The position numbers were made by a program, and so were the translations under genes. Positions 11,836-23,481 of a stretch of 41,327 nt of DNA are shown piece by piece. Source of the stretch: Octopus sinensis (Eukaryota); NCBI RefSeq assembly GCF_006345805.1, contig NW_021835259.1:1-41327 (forward strand), read 5' to 3'. Below the pieces are notes generated by a model. The model ran no database searches, was not told where the DNA came from, and was given only the letters and a program-made list of their open reading frames with translations. Numbering within the stretch: position 1 is the stretch's first letter; the number at the start of each line of letters is the position of its first letter.

Positions 11836-12130
11836 ATTATCTATCATCTGTCTATCTTCTGCTGTCTGTCTGTCTATCTATCTATCACTATCTAATCTAT
11901 CTCTCTATCTATCTATCTATCTAGCTGTCTATCTATCTATCTATCTTTCTGTCTGTCTATCTGTGTGTGTGTGTTTGTTTGTGTGTGTCTATGTGTGTGT
12001 GTTTCTTGATTGTGTGTGTGTGTGTGTTTGTTTGTGTGTGTGTGTGTGGGTGTTTGTTTGTGTGTTGTGTGTGTGTGTGTGTTTGTTTGTGTGTGTGTGT
12101 GTGTTCGTTTGTGTGTGTGTGTGTGTTTGT

Positions 12131-12165
<35 letters not shown>

Positions 12166-12229
12166 GTTGTGTGTGTTGTGTGTGTGTGTGTGTGTGTGTG
12201 TTTGTTTGTGTGTGTGTGTGTGTGTGGTT

Positions 12230-12262
<33 letters not shown>
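11710..12262. repeat. (TATC)n followed by (GT)n/(GTTT) microsatellites
   Basis: Direct reading. Confidence 0.95.
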
Positions 12263-12264
<2 letters not shown>

Positions 12265-12348
12265 TAATGGTAGAGCATTAGTCGGGATCGATTGAGGGGC
12301 TGACAAAATGCTTTCTCTCATTCGGTTACATCTCCTTGCGTCTCGAGT

Positions 12349-12470
12349 TCATATCTCGCCCAAGTCGACGTAGCGTTTCCTACTCGCGAATCCGTTGAAA
12401 CAACCATCAGTCAAGTAGTGCGTGTCGACATAGTTTATTACATTGCTCCAGGATGGCCAGAGCGCAAAGA
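12349..12470 (-). CDS. Candidate terminal coding exon, unknown protein
   Basis: Strong U-rich acceptor ttttgtttgttttgttacag|; phase-1 frame FALWPSWSNVINYVDTHYLTDGCFNGFASRKRYVDLGEI*; non-repetitive island between microsatellites. Confidence 0.35.
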
Positions 12471-12544
12471 CTGTAACAAAACAAACAAAACAACAAAAAA
12501 ATACGTGTGTGTGCGTGAGTGTGTGAACGTTTACGTATGTATGT

Positions 12545-13075
12545 GTACACACACATACACACACACTCATTCACACACACACATTCACACACACTCATTC
12601 ACACACACACATTCACACACACTCATTCACACACACACACATTCACACACACTCATCCACACACACACATACACATTCACACACACTCATTCACACACAC
12701 ATTCACACACACATTCACACACTCATTCACACACACACATTCACACACACACATTCACACACACACACATTCACACACACACATTCACACACACATTCAC
12801 ACACACATTCACACACTCATTCACACACACACACATTCACACACACACATTCACACACACACACATTCACACACACTCATTCACACACACACACACACAT
12901 TCACACATACACATTCACACATTCACACACACACATTCACACACACACATTCATTCACACACACACACACATTCACACACAGACACACACACATTCACAC
13001 TCACTCATTCACACACACACTCATTCAAACACACACACACATTCACACACACACACACACATTCACACACACACA
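12545..13075. repeat. (CA)n/(CATT) compound tract
   Basis: Direct reading. Confidence 0.95.
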
Positions 13076-13215
13076 TATCTGTATGCATTGTATTATTTAT
13101 ATAGATGGAGGGCGAGAGGAAATGGAGGTAGAGCGTGTAAACAAATGGTATGTAGGTAAACACAGCCATATATAGTGTGTCTTGTGTGTGTGTGTGTGTG
13201 TACATTTATATATAT

Positions 13216-13260
<45 letters not shown>

Positions 13261-13285
13261 TATACACTCAATACGAACGTCTCAC

Positions 13286-13375
13286 ACGCACAAACAAGGG
13301 CGGAGGGTGCTCCCAGCCCCTTGCCTTTACTAAATAACTCTCTATTTATGTAGGCACCACACATACAGTATATGC
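13286..13375 (-). CDS. Candidate internal coding exon (84 or 90 nt, phase 1-1)
   Basis: Acceptor ttttttttttaaag|; only the phase-1 frame is open (GIYCMCGAYINRELFSKGKGLGAPSALV); donors gtgcgt (13291) or gtgaga (13285) are in phase with the 12470 exon. Confidence 0.3.
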
Positions 13376-13589
13376 CTTTAAAAAAAAAACCCCAAAAACA
13401 AAGTACCCACCACATTTCGCAAACACACACACGTACGCACGCACACACATACACACACACACACACACATACATACATACATACACACACTGTGGTATCT
13501 TTCCCTTGCACCCTTCGCTTCTTTCGACTCCCACCTCACCCCATTGCCCCCTCCCCTCCCTTCCTCTTATTCGCACTCTTTCTCACTAC

Positions 13590-14015
13590 TGCTGCTACCA
13601 CCACCACTACTATCACCGCCACCGCCGCCGTCACCGCCGCCACCGATGCCGCCGCCGCCGCCGCCGCCGCCGCCGCGCCGCCGCCACCCCGCCGCACCTG
13701 CTGCCGCCGCCGCCACTACTATCACCGCCACCGCCGCCGTCACCGCCGCCACCGATGCCGCCGCCACCACCGCCGCCGCGCCAACCGCCGCCGCCACCGC
13801 TGCCGCCGCCGCCGCCCTCCCCTACCACCGCCTCTGCCGCCGCGTCCACCACCACACACCATCCACCACCTCCACCACCACCTCCACCACCACCACCACC
13901 ACCACCACCCCCCCACCACCGCCGCCGCCTCCACCGCCTCCACCGCCTCCGCCTCCAACACCACCAACTCCACCACCGCCACCGCTGTCGCCGCCGCCGC
14001 CGCCACCACCACCAT
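13590..14015. repeat. GC-rich (CCG)n/(CCA)n tract with ~105-bp internal duplication
   Basis: actactatcaccgccaccgccgccgtcaccgccgccaccgatgcc occurs twice (about 13605 and 13715). Confidence 0.9.
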
Positions 14016-14019
14016 ATAT

Positions 14020-14126
14020 CTACGACGAGCTTCTTTCAGTTTCCGTCTTCCAAATCCACTCACAAGGCTTTGGTCGACCTGATGCTACGGTAGGAGCCAC
14101 TCACCCAAGGTGCCGCGCAGTGGCAC
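14020..14126 (-). mobile_element. SINE family A middle fragment
   Basis: gcttctttcagtttccgtc...caaggtgcc. Confidence 0.8.
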
Positions 14127-14132
14127 TATATA

Positions 14133-14337
14133 CTCTTTTACTCTTTCACTTGTTTCAGTCATGTGACTGCGGCTTTGCTGGAGCATCGCCTTTAGTCGAG
14201 CAAATCGACCCCAGGACTTATTCTTTGTAAGCCTAGTATTTATTTTATCGGTCACTTTTGTCGAACCGCTAATTTACGGGGACGTAAACACACCAGCATC
14301 GGTTGTTAAGCGATGTTGCGGGGATAAACAGATACAG

Positions 14338-14377
<40 letters not shown>

Positions 14378-14378
14378 C

Positions 14379-14413
<35 letters not shown>

Positions 14414-14576
14414 GACGGGCTTCTTTCAGTTTCCGTCTACCAAATCCACTCACAAGGTTTTGGTGGGCCCGAGGCTATAGTAGAAGACACTTGCCCAAGG
14501 TGCCTCGCAGTGGGACTGAACCCGGAACCATGTGGTTGGTAAGCAAGTTACTTACCACACAGCTATTCCTACGCCT
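14133..14576 (-). mobile_element. SINE family A, full length
   Basis: Complete head, linker and tail. Confidence 0.9.
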
Positions 14577-14905
14577 ATAAACACACATTTTATAAACATG
14601 TCATAGACACAACCTAAGTGCATCATTTATACGCAATATATATTATATACGCATCGAATATGCCCGCACTATAATACACATCATACACTCATAATTCATC
14701 GAAGCCAATAGCGACGCTATGTTCTAAAGTTAGAGGGAACGAGCTAATAAAAATGGCGTCGTGACACATACCAAAGAATTTTGAATTCATTGTTTATACG
14801 TTTTAATCTTGTGCTTTAGATCGAAATACGACGAAGACAGAGTTTTTAAAGGAAGTACTTCGTTGTTATTTTGTATTTGAAACTAAAAAATTATAAATGT
14901 TTTAG

Positions 14906-15055
14906 AGTGTGGCGAGTAGCTTGCTTACCAACCGCATGGTTCCGGGTCCAGTCCCACTCCGTGGTGTCTTGGGCAAGTTTCTTCTACTATAGCCACGGGC
15001 CGACCAAAGCCTTCTGAGTGGTCTTGGTAGACGGAAACTGAAGAAGCCCGTCGTG
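14906..15055 (+). mobile_element. SINE family A 5' half (host of nested copy)
   Basis: Runs from head to gaagcccgtcg and stops at the TA linker. Confidence 0.85.
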
Positions 15056-15065
15056 TATATATATA

Positions 15066-15306
15066 CTCTCTCTCTTTTACTCTTTTACTTGTTTCAGTCA
15101 TTTGACTGCGGCCATGCTGGATCACCGCCTTTAGTCGAGCAAATCGTCCCCGGGACTTATTCTTTGTAAGCCCAGTACTTATTCTATCGGTCTCTTTTTG
15201 CCGAACCGCTAATTTACGGGGACGTAAATACACCAGCATCGGTTGTCAAGCGATGGTGGGGGGACAAACACAGACACACAAACATATATACACACATACA
15301 ATAATA

Positions 15307-15354
<48 letters not shown>

Positions 15355-15525
15355 ACATATATACGCAGGCTTCTTTCAGTTTCCGCCTACCAAATCCACT
15401 CACATGGTATTGTCGGCCCGAGGCTATGGCAGAAGACACTTGCCCAAGATGCCACGCAGTGGGACTGAACCCGGAACCATGTGGTTGGTTAGCAAGCTAC
15501 TTACCACACAGCCACTCCTGCGCCT
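15066..15525 (-). mobile_element. SINE family A, full length, nested in the linker of an opposite-strand copy
   Basis: Complete copy flanked by the two halves of another A element. Confidence 0.9.
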
Positions 15526-15529
15526 ATAT

Positions 15530-15797
15530 ATATGTGTGTGTGTGTGTATGTGTGTGTGTATGTGTGTGTATGTGTGTGTGTGTGTGTTTGTGTGTCTGTG
15601 TTTGTCCCTCCAGCATCGCTTGACAACCGATGGTAGTGAGTTTACGTCTCCGTAACTTAGCGGTTCGGCATAACAGACTGATAGAATAAGTGCTAGGCTT
15701 ACAAAGAATAAATCCTGGGGTCAATTTGCTCGACTAAAGGCGATGCTCCAGTATGGCCGCAGTCAAATGACTGAAACAAGTTAAAGAGTAAAAGAGT
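15530..15797 (+). mobile_element. SINE family A 3' half (continuation of 14906-15055)
   Basis: TG linker to aaagagtaaaagag tail. Confidence 0.85.
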
Positions 15798-16171
15798 AAG
15801 CTTATAAATCTCAAAACATTTGTTATTTAATTATTTCTAAACACGGATGGTTGGTCAAATAAACTCCAGAAAGTTCTTCCAAGTGCATGCGAGTCACGAA
15901 AAGAAAAAGAAAAAAGAAAAATAGATCTGACTTTTATTGCACAAGTGAATTAAAGAGTTTAAAAAAAATTATAGAAAAGGCACCAATTTTGAAATATGCA
16001 ACGTATGTAAGAGATGCCCGGATGTGTGACGTAACTAAGAGGGAAGCGGTCACGTGAGTATATGCATTCAAGCGCTAGCGCGCAGGTTGAAAGTGACTCC
16101 CGTATATCTGTGGCTACAGCATGGCCATCCGCTATTTAAGTCATGTCTGTCCTCTCATTAAAACAACAGCA

Positions 16172-16678
16172 GTGGAGGCGCAATGGCCCAGTGGTTAGGG
16201 CACCGGACTCGCGGTCGTAAGGACGCGGTTTCGATTCCCAGACCGGGCATTGTGAGTGTTTATTGGGCAAAAACATCTAAGCTCCACGAGGCTTCGGCGA
16301 GGAGGGGTGGTGAACCCCGCTGTACTCTTTTACCACAACTTTCTCTCATTCTTTCTTCCTACTTCTGCCACAAAGCAGAGAAATCATGGTGTAACCCACT
16401 ATGGTGTGGTAAACTTTCAGACCCTAGTCTAGATTGCGAATCCTCTGTACCCCAGGATGGTTCAGCTCTCCACCCGTTGAAAGCCACCGTTTACGGAATG
16501 AGGATAACAACGTGGCTTTCGCGCCCGTGCAACCTCCAGTTTATCATCGCGTGTGGTGGGTGGATCTTCAAGTTGCCGCATGCATTCTTAGTAGCTCAGA
16601 GTAGGCTCGAATTAGAGATTATTCTTTGTAGCTAATGGCGTGAGTCGTGACTGGAAGAAGAAGAAGAAGAAGAAGAAG
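16172..16678 (+). mobile_element. SINE family C with tail type 1, (GAA)n end, 9-bp TSD
   Basis: A-box tggcccagtgg, B-box ggtttcgattcc; TSD acaacagca at 16163-16171 and 16679-16687. Confidence 0.85.
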
Positions 16679-16704
16679 ACAACAGCAAAACACTGCAACA
16701 TTTA

Positions 16705-17120
16705 CTCTCTCTTTTACTCATTTATTTGTTTCAGTCATTTGACTGCGGCCATGCTGGAGCACCGCCTTTAGTCGAGCAAATCGACCCCAGGACTTATTCT
16801 TTGTAAGCCCAGTACTTATTCAATCGTTCTCTTTTGCCGAACCGCTAAGTGACGGGGACGTAAACACACCAGCATCGGTTGTCAAGCAATGCTAGAGGGA
16901 CAAACACAGACACACAAACATATACACACACAAACATATATATATATACATATATACGACAGGCTTCTTTCAGTTTCCGTCTACCAAATCCCCTCACAAG
17001 GCTTTGGTCGGCCCGAGGCTATAGCAGAAGACACTTACCCAAGGTGCCACGCAGTGGGACTGAACCCAGAACCATGTGGCTGGTAGGCAAGCTACTTACC
17101 ACACAGCCACTCCTGCGCCT
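16705..17120 (-). mobile_element. SINE family A, full length
   Basis: Complete head, linker and tail. Confidence 0.9.
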
Positions 17121-17154
17121 TGTAGTATTTCTCATTACATGAGAAATACTACAA
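17120..17154. repeat. Perfect 16-bp hairpin, 3-nt loop
   Basis: ttgtagtatttctcat-tac-atgagaaatactacaa. Confidence 0.9.
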
Positions 17155-17402
17155 AAAAATTCCGTGTTATATATAAAACTATGTATCCGTGAAGAGGGAG
17201 GTTAATGAACGCAATCTAACACACCAAAAAATCGAAACTAACATTTCAAATAATTAATGTTAATATATTAATTCCCGGTACCATTTATTTAATTTTTAAA
17301 AATTATCCATAAAATCCTGGGTTTTTGGTTTTTGCATTTGGTTTGCAAGATTCTTGACGCGAACTCGTGTATTGAAACAGATTTTGTTGTATCTTGGGAG
17401 GG

Positions 17403-17695
17403 TCATCATCATCATCATCATCATCGTTCGACTGTGGTCGAGACAATGGAATTTACCATGCTACGCCAGACTTCACTGTCCATCATGGCATTACGGAGGT
17501 CCTGTTGCTGGATGCCTGTATCCCTGGAGATTACATCAGGGTAGGAGAGTGTGCGCCCTCTGGTATTGCGAGGAGAAGAGTAGAAGAGTAGAAATTACCT
17601 CTTTTTCAGCTCTACAACAATGTCCAGCAAACCGGACTCTCCTACCTTTCACAAGAGATGACACAGGTGGTAGTTTCCCATATATTTGCATTTTG
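17403..17695 (-). mobile_element. RTE-like LINE 3' end with (TGA)n tail
   Basis: QIYGKLPPVSSLVKGRRVRFAGHCCRAEKEVIS ... PDVISRDTGIQQQDLRNAMMDSEVWR; trinucleotide tail. Confidence 0.8.
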
Positions 17696-17850
17696 AAAAG
17701 ACTATGGAATGGGAGGGTCATAATGCCTGATATGTACTCTGATACACGCGTGTATTGCGTGCGTATGCGTGTGTGCGCGTGTGTCTGTGAGTTCATGTAT
17801 TTGGAAAAATATCTGTGTCTATCCGGTGTAATTTCGATGTTTTCCATTGA

Positions 17851-18140
17851 AAAATAAAGTCAGGTTTCTTTTCATTTCATGTTTTTGCATGAACAAACAT
17901 TAGTACAATATTTACAAATTAGAAAAATAAAACCCAACGTTATAGAGATGAGTATCAAGTTATAAATATTGGAGCAAAAACAACAGTAAAAGTGTAAAAG
18001 AGTATTTTTTTCTCTCTTTCCTTAAGGTGTCAGAAAGTTTTGTATTTAAAAAAAAATAATAAAGTCAGGTTTCTTTCAATTTCATGTTTTTTATGAACAA
18101 ACAATATTTACAAATCAGAAAAATATCCCAATGTTATATA
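17851..18140. repeat. ~95-bp direct repeat, two copies
   Basis: aataaagtcaggtttctt...catgttttt...gaacaaaca...tatttacaaa at about 17851 and 18057. Confidence 0.8.
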
Positions 18141-18213
18141 TAATAGATAGATAGACAGACAGACAGACAGATAGATAGATATTTATCTATCTATCTGTCT
18201 GTCTGTATGTCTG

Positions 18214-18335
<122 letters not shown>

Positions 18336-19184
18336 GGGATAAGTTCTACAGACACGGCTCGAGAAACACGGGGCCGACCTGCCCGAGATGCGGTCAGAGC
18401 GACGAAACCGTTCTGCACGCACTCGTGCAGTGTCCAACAATTTCCGACCTGTGGGCTTGTGTCGAACAACTGCTGTCACGTGTGGGACGAGTCGGTTTAT
18501 CAGCTGAGTCTATCGTTAATATTGTCACGCCTCCCTCCTTCAAACGGAAGGAAGAGCTATTTTCATCATCCTTGTGGCTATGGCGAAAGAATGTATCTGG
18601 TGGACGCGTCTGAAAGGATTGGAGACAAACACTTCCTCTCTGGTCAATCTCTCATCACTTCTTCAAGTACCACTTGAAAAGGAAAGTGAGAGTAGAGAGG
18701 CAAGTTTTGTCTAGCGAAGTTTTAAAAAGAAGATGGGTGAATGTAGCAAGAATGGCACGTATGAATGACGAAGCCACCTTGAGCATGATCCTATGACCCA
18801 GAAATTGAAAACAGAGAGTTGCTATTTTGCAAAAAAAAAAAAAAAAGAATATAAACATGTGACTCCATTGACCGAGGTTACCGTGGTCTTTTCCGTAGGC
18901 TTTTCTTTCCACGGGTAAACCTCACCTGTCCTCCCCTTTACACTTCATATTGACATTTCTGTGATAACGATCCCTATTGATCAAATTTTTTTTTTTTTTT
19001 CCTCTCCCCCTTTTTTTAACCCCCCCTTTTTTTTGTCCTCTTTCTCTCTCCTTTTACGATCCCTTTTGATCGAAACTCCCCCCCCTTCCTTTTTTCTTTT
19101 TTTTTTTTTTTAAACCTTCAAAGAAAAGCTCTACCTTGTAATTTGTTCTATCTGTGTGCAGCCCTGTGTGGCTAATAAAGAAAA
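18336..19184 (+). mobile_element. L1/Tx1-clade LINE 3' end, copy 1
   Basis: CCHC-type knuckle TCPRCGQSDETVLHALVQCP...LW, then frameshifted C-terminus FFKYHLKRKVRVER...RWVNVARMAR; 3' UTR ends ggctaataaagaaa plus (TATC)n. Confidence 0.8.
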
Positions 19185-19210
19185 TATCTATCTATCTATC
19201 TATCTATCTA

Positions 19211-19240
19211 TGATCCGATTGATCATTTTTTTTTCCTCTC

Positions 19241-19272
<32 letters not shown>

Positions 19273-19337
19273 TTAACACCCCCTTATTTTTGTCCTCTTT
19301 CTCTCCTTTTACGATCCTTTGATCGAACCTCCCCCTT

Positions 19338-19372
<35 letters not shown>

Positions 19373-19443
19373 CCTTCAAAAGAAAAGCTCTACCTTGTAA
19401 TTTGTTCTATCTGTGTGCAGCCCTGTGTGGCTAATAAAGAAAC
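19211..19443 (+). mobile_element. L1/Tx1-clade LINE 3' UTR, copy 2
   Basis: Near-identical to the last ~230 bp of copy 1; flanked by (TATC)n. Confidence 0.8.
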
Positions 19444-19444
19444 A

Positions 19445-19480
<36 letters not shown>

Positions 19481-19484
<4 letters not shown>

Positions 19485-20016
19485 CTCTCTGGACAATCTC
19501 TCATCAACTTCTTCAAGTATCACTTGAAGAGGAAAGTGAGAGTAGAGAGGCAAGTTTTGTCTAGTGAATGTTTTAAAAAAAGATGGGTGAATGTAGCAAG
19601 GATGGCACGTATGAATGACGAAGCCACCTTGACTATGATTCTATGAACCGTAAAAATTAATACAGAGAGTTGCTTATTTGCAAAAAATATATATATATAT
19701 CATGTGACTTCATTGACCGAGGTTACCATGGTCTTTTCCGTATGCTTTTCTTTCCACGGGTAAACCTCACCTGTCCTCCCCTTTACACTTCATATTGACA
19801 TTTCTGTGATAACGATCCCTATTGATCAATTTTTTTTCCTTTCCCTCCCCCACCCTTTTAAAAAAAATTTTATCCTCCCCTTTTTTTGTCCTCTTTCTTT
19901 CCTTTTACGATCCCTTTGTGATCGAAAACCAAACCGCCGTTCTTTACCCCCAAAGAAAAGCGCTACCCTTTGTAATTTGTCCTGTCTGTGTGGCAGCCCG
20001 TGTGGCTAATAAAGAA
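19481..20016 (+). mobile_element. L1/Tx1-clade LINE 3' end, copy 3
   Basis: FLSGQSLINFFKYHLKRKVRVERQVLSSECFKKRWVNVARMARMNDEATLTMIL* plus 3' UTR; flanked by (TATC)n. Confidence 0.8.
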
Positions 20017-20018
20017 CT

Positions 20019-20046
20019 TATCTATCTATCTATCTATCTATCTATC

Positions 20047-20089
<43 letters not shown>

Positions 20090-20101
20090 GTCTGTCTATC
20101 C

Positions 20102-20144
<43 letters not shown>

Positions 20145-20216
20145 GTCTGTCTATCTATCCTATCTATCTATCTATCTTATCTATCTATCTATCTATCTGT
20201 CTGTCTGTCTGTCTGG

Positions 20217-20296
<80 letters not shown>

Positions 20297-20334
20297 TCTA
20301 TCTATACTATCTATCTATCTATCTATCTGTCCTG

Positions 20335-20368
<34 letters not shown>

Positions 20369-20515
20369 CTATCTATCTATCTATCTATCTATCTGTCTAT
20401 CGATTCTCTATCTATCTATCTATCTTTCTGTCGATCTATCTATCTATCTATCTATCTATCTACCTATCTATCTGTTTGTCCAACTATCCATCCATCTATC
20501 TATCTATCTATCTTC
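20019..20515. repeat. (TATC)n/(TGTC)n microsatellite
   Basis: Direct reading. Confidence 0.95.
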
Positions 20516-20609
20516 GTAATATCTATGAAAATATACAGTTGATCACTTTACCTATACCTTTAAAGTCACTTTATATGTCTATGAAAACATTTTATACAGT
20601 TATTTTTTC

Positions 20610-20793
20610 AGGCGCAGGTGTGGCTGTGTGGTAAGAAAATTACTTCCCAAACATATGGTTCTGGGTTCAGTCCTACTGCGTGATACTTTGGTCAAGTGTC
20701 TTCCAATATAGCTTTGGGCCGGCCAAAGCTTTGTCGGTGGCTTTAGTACACAGAAGATGAAAGAAGCTCGGCTTATGTGTGTGTGTGAGATAG

Positions 20794-20859
<66 letters not shown>

Positions 20860-21028
20860 TGTGTGTGTGTTTGTCCCCCATCACGGCTTGATATCCGGTG
20901 TTAGTGTGTTTACGTTTCCGTAAACTTACCAGTTCAGCTTTAAAAAATTCAATCGACTAAAAGTTCCTCAAGGCGGTGCCCCAGCATGGGCACAGTCTAT
21001 GACTGAAACAAGTAAAAGATAAAAAAGA
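20610..21028 (+). mobile_element. SINE family A, old diverged subfamily with GATA/GA linker
   Basis: Recognisable head and tail with many substitutions. Confidence 0.8.
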
Positions 21029-21070
21029 TTAAAAAAATATATCTTTGAAGCATACCCTATTTAAGGGTTA

Positions 21071-21282
21071 AGGCAGCGAGTTGGCAGAATCGTTAGCGCA
21101 CCAGTCGAAATGCTTAGCGGCATTTCGTCCACCTTTACGTTCTGAGTTCAAATTTCGCCGAGGTCGACTTTACCTTTCATCTTTTCGGGTTCGATAACAT
21201 AAGTACCGGTTGAATACTGGGGTCGATATAATCGACTGGCCCCTTTTCCCCGAAACTGCTAGCAATGTGCTAAAATTTGAAA
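21071..21282 (+). mobile_element. SINE family B, alternative 3' tail
   Basis: Head and CORE-like body as in 31504; tail ends gtgctaaaatttgaaa. Confidence 0.85.
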
Positions 21283-21290
21283 TCATTATA

Positions 21291-21507
21291 CGAAGAATGC
21301 TGAAAAGTTCCCGAAATGGGTTTTAAAAAAATACCGGAGGATCACTTCATTATGATTTTATTGAACATACTCCCCTCTCAAATTCACACACTTATTGCAG
21401 TGGTCCTTCAGTTTTTCTAAGCCCTGTAAAAGAACTCAGAAGGTTGGGCCTCCAACCAGGCCTTTCATGATAACCCTTAAAAACCAGGAACTTTTTAGCA
21501 CCCCTCG
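21291..21507. mobile_element. Mariner-type MITE
   Basis: Imperfect TIRs cgaagaatgctgaaaagttcc / ggaactttttagcacccctcg; TA on the left. Confidence 0.6.
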
Positions 21508-21984
21508 TGCCGCATATTTGAAAGCCTAAAAGACACACAGGCATTGTTGATGCACCCTAATTTCAGCAACACCTATTCAGGATAAATTCTTTTATGCATG
21601 AAACCTTGTAATATAGGCACAGCTTTGCATGAAGGACCCGAGTTGATTTTTTTAAAGGCATTTTTCGGGTGGGGGGAAAAAGCGCGTCAGATCGACCCCC
21701 CCCCCCCCCCGACTCAACTGAAAGAAACAGACGACCGACCATGTGTGAACGCGTTAGTATTATTTGTCTTGAAAGTAATTCATTAAAGTGAAACAGTGAA
21801 AAACGAATATTTATTCGTAAGTTTTCTTAAGAGAAAGTTAAAGAGCGGAAAGTCATAAATTGTTTTGTCAATTTGTAATAAAGTTACTCTTTTAAAAGAA
21901 TTTTTGAAAATTATCTTCGAAATTGATAGCTGAGTGTCTTTAACGATCTTATTGCGAGATTTATGTGTATTTGTACGCACGCGC

Positions 21985-22567
<583 letters not shown>

Positions 22568-22662
22568 AATATTTGTCTTATCATTTATTTATTTGTTTAT
22601 ATTGGATAGTAAGTGAAGCATGTTTTATATATCATTTTATTATACTTTTCTAGTTATTTATA

Positions 22663-22794
22663 TCCTCTGACGAGGCCTTTGGTTATTTAAGCATACAAAT
22701 ATAATTTTTAATGCCTAGAACTATATTATACTGGCATCTCCAAGCAATATAAGTTGAATTGACTCTTGGCCATAGGCTGAAACAGCTGTAAGGA
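22663..22794 (+). ncRNA. Type I hammerhead ribozyme motif with long stem II insertion
   Basis: TCCT-CTGACGA-GGCCT...95 nt...AGGCT-GAAAC-AGCT-GTA-AGGA; stem II extends (TGGTTA/TGGCCA); stem III is the palindrome ACAGCTGT. Confidence 0.65.
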
Positions 22795-23085
22795 GCAGTT
22801 AATTTGTATTATTTTTATTTCTATTATTATATTACATATTGATGTATATTGTTTTGTTCGATTTTTATGTTCCCATTTGTATAATTAATAAATAATGTGA
22901 AATTGTAATATCCGTAAGTTGATGATCGAAATGAATTTGTTTCTCCATTTTCTTATTTGTATTATGAATTTACGGTAAAAATATTTTTTACCTTCACCCA
23001 TCTAATACAATAAGTGAATTAACTGCATTGCAATTAAAAGCGTTTATGTATTTAGTATTTGGGTACTTTACCAGCAGTATATTGG

Positions 23086-23481
23086 ACTAGCAGTATCGCC
23101 CGGCGTTGCTCGGGTTTGTAAGGGAAATAACAATATAAGCATTTTTAGAGAGTTATAGCCAAAAAAAAGCAAAAAATGCATTAAAATGGAAAAAAAATTA
23201 TGGTAAATTTTTTTTTTAATCGTTGACTCATCGTAGACTTTTTAGAGAGTTACTTCCCTATTATAATAGCGAAAAAAGCATTAAAATGGAAAAAAATGAT
23301 GGTAATTTTTTTTTTAAATCGTAGACCCATCGTAGACGCGCGTTAATACCCAGAAGGGCTCGATATGAATCACGACTATAAGATACCCGGTTTTGGTTAA
23401 ACTGCACCGCAAAATGTGGGAGTAGTTAGGAATCTAAATCGTAGGAGACAGACACACAACTTGACTTTTATATATAAAGAT
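23086..23481 (+). mobile_element. Non-autonomous Helitron-like element with internal tandem duplication
   Basis: Same termini as 9646; ~100-bp internal segment duplicated; close match to 23988 copy. Confidence 0.7.

Noticed and set aside
13506-14230. Polyproline/formin- or extensin-like ORFs
   Set aside because: All three frames are open because of CCG/CCA repeats, and they run into SINE sequence; no splice or codon evidence
16172-16250. tRNA gene
   Set aside because: A and B boxes are present but no complete cloverleaf or acceptor stem; it continues into a SINE body. Same for the heads of families A, B and D
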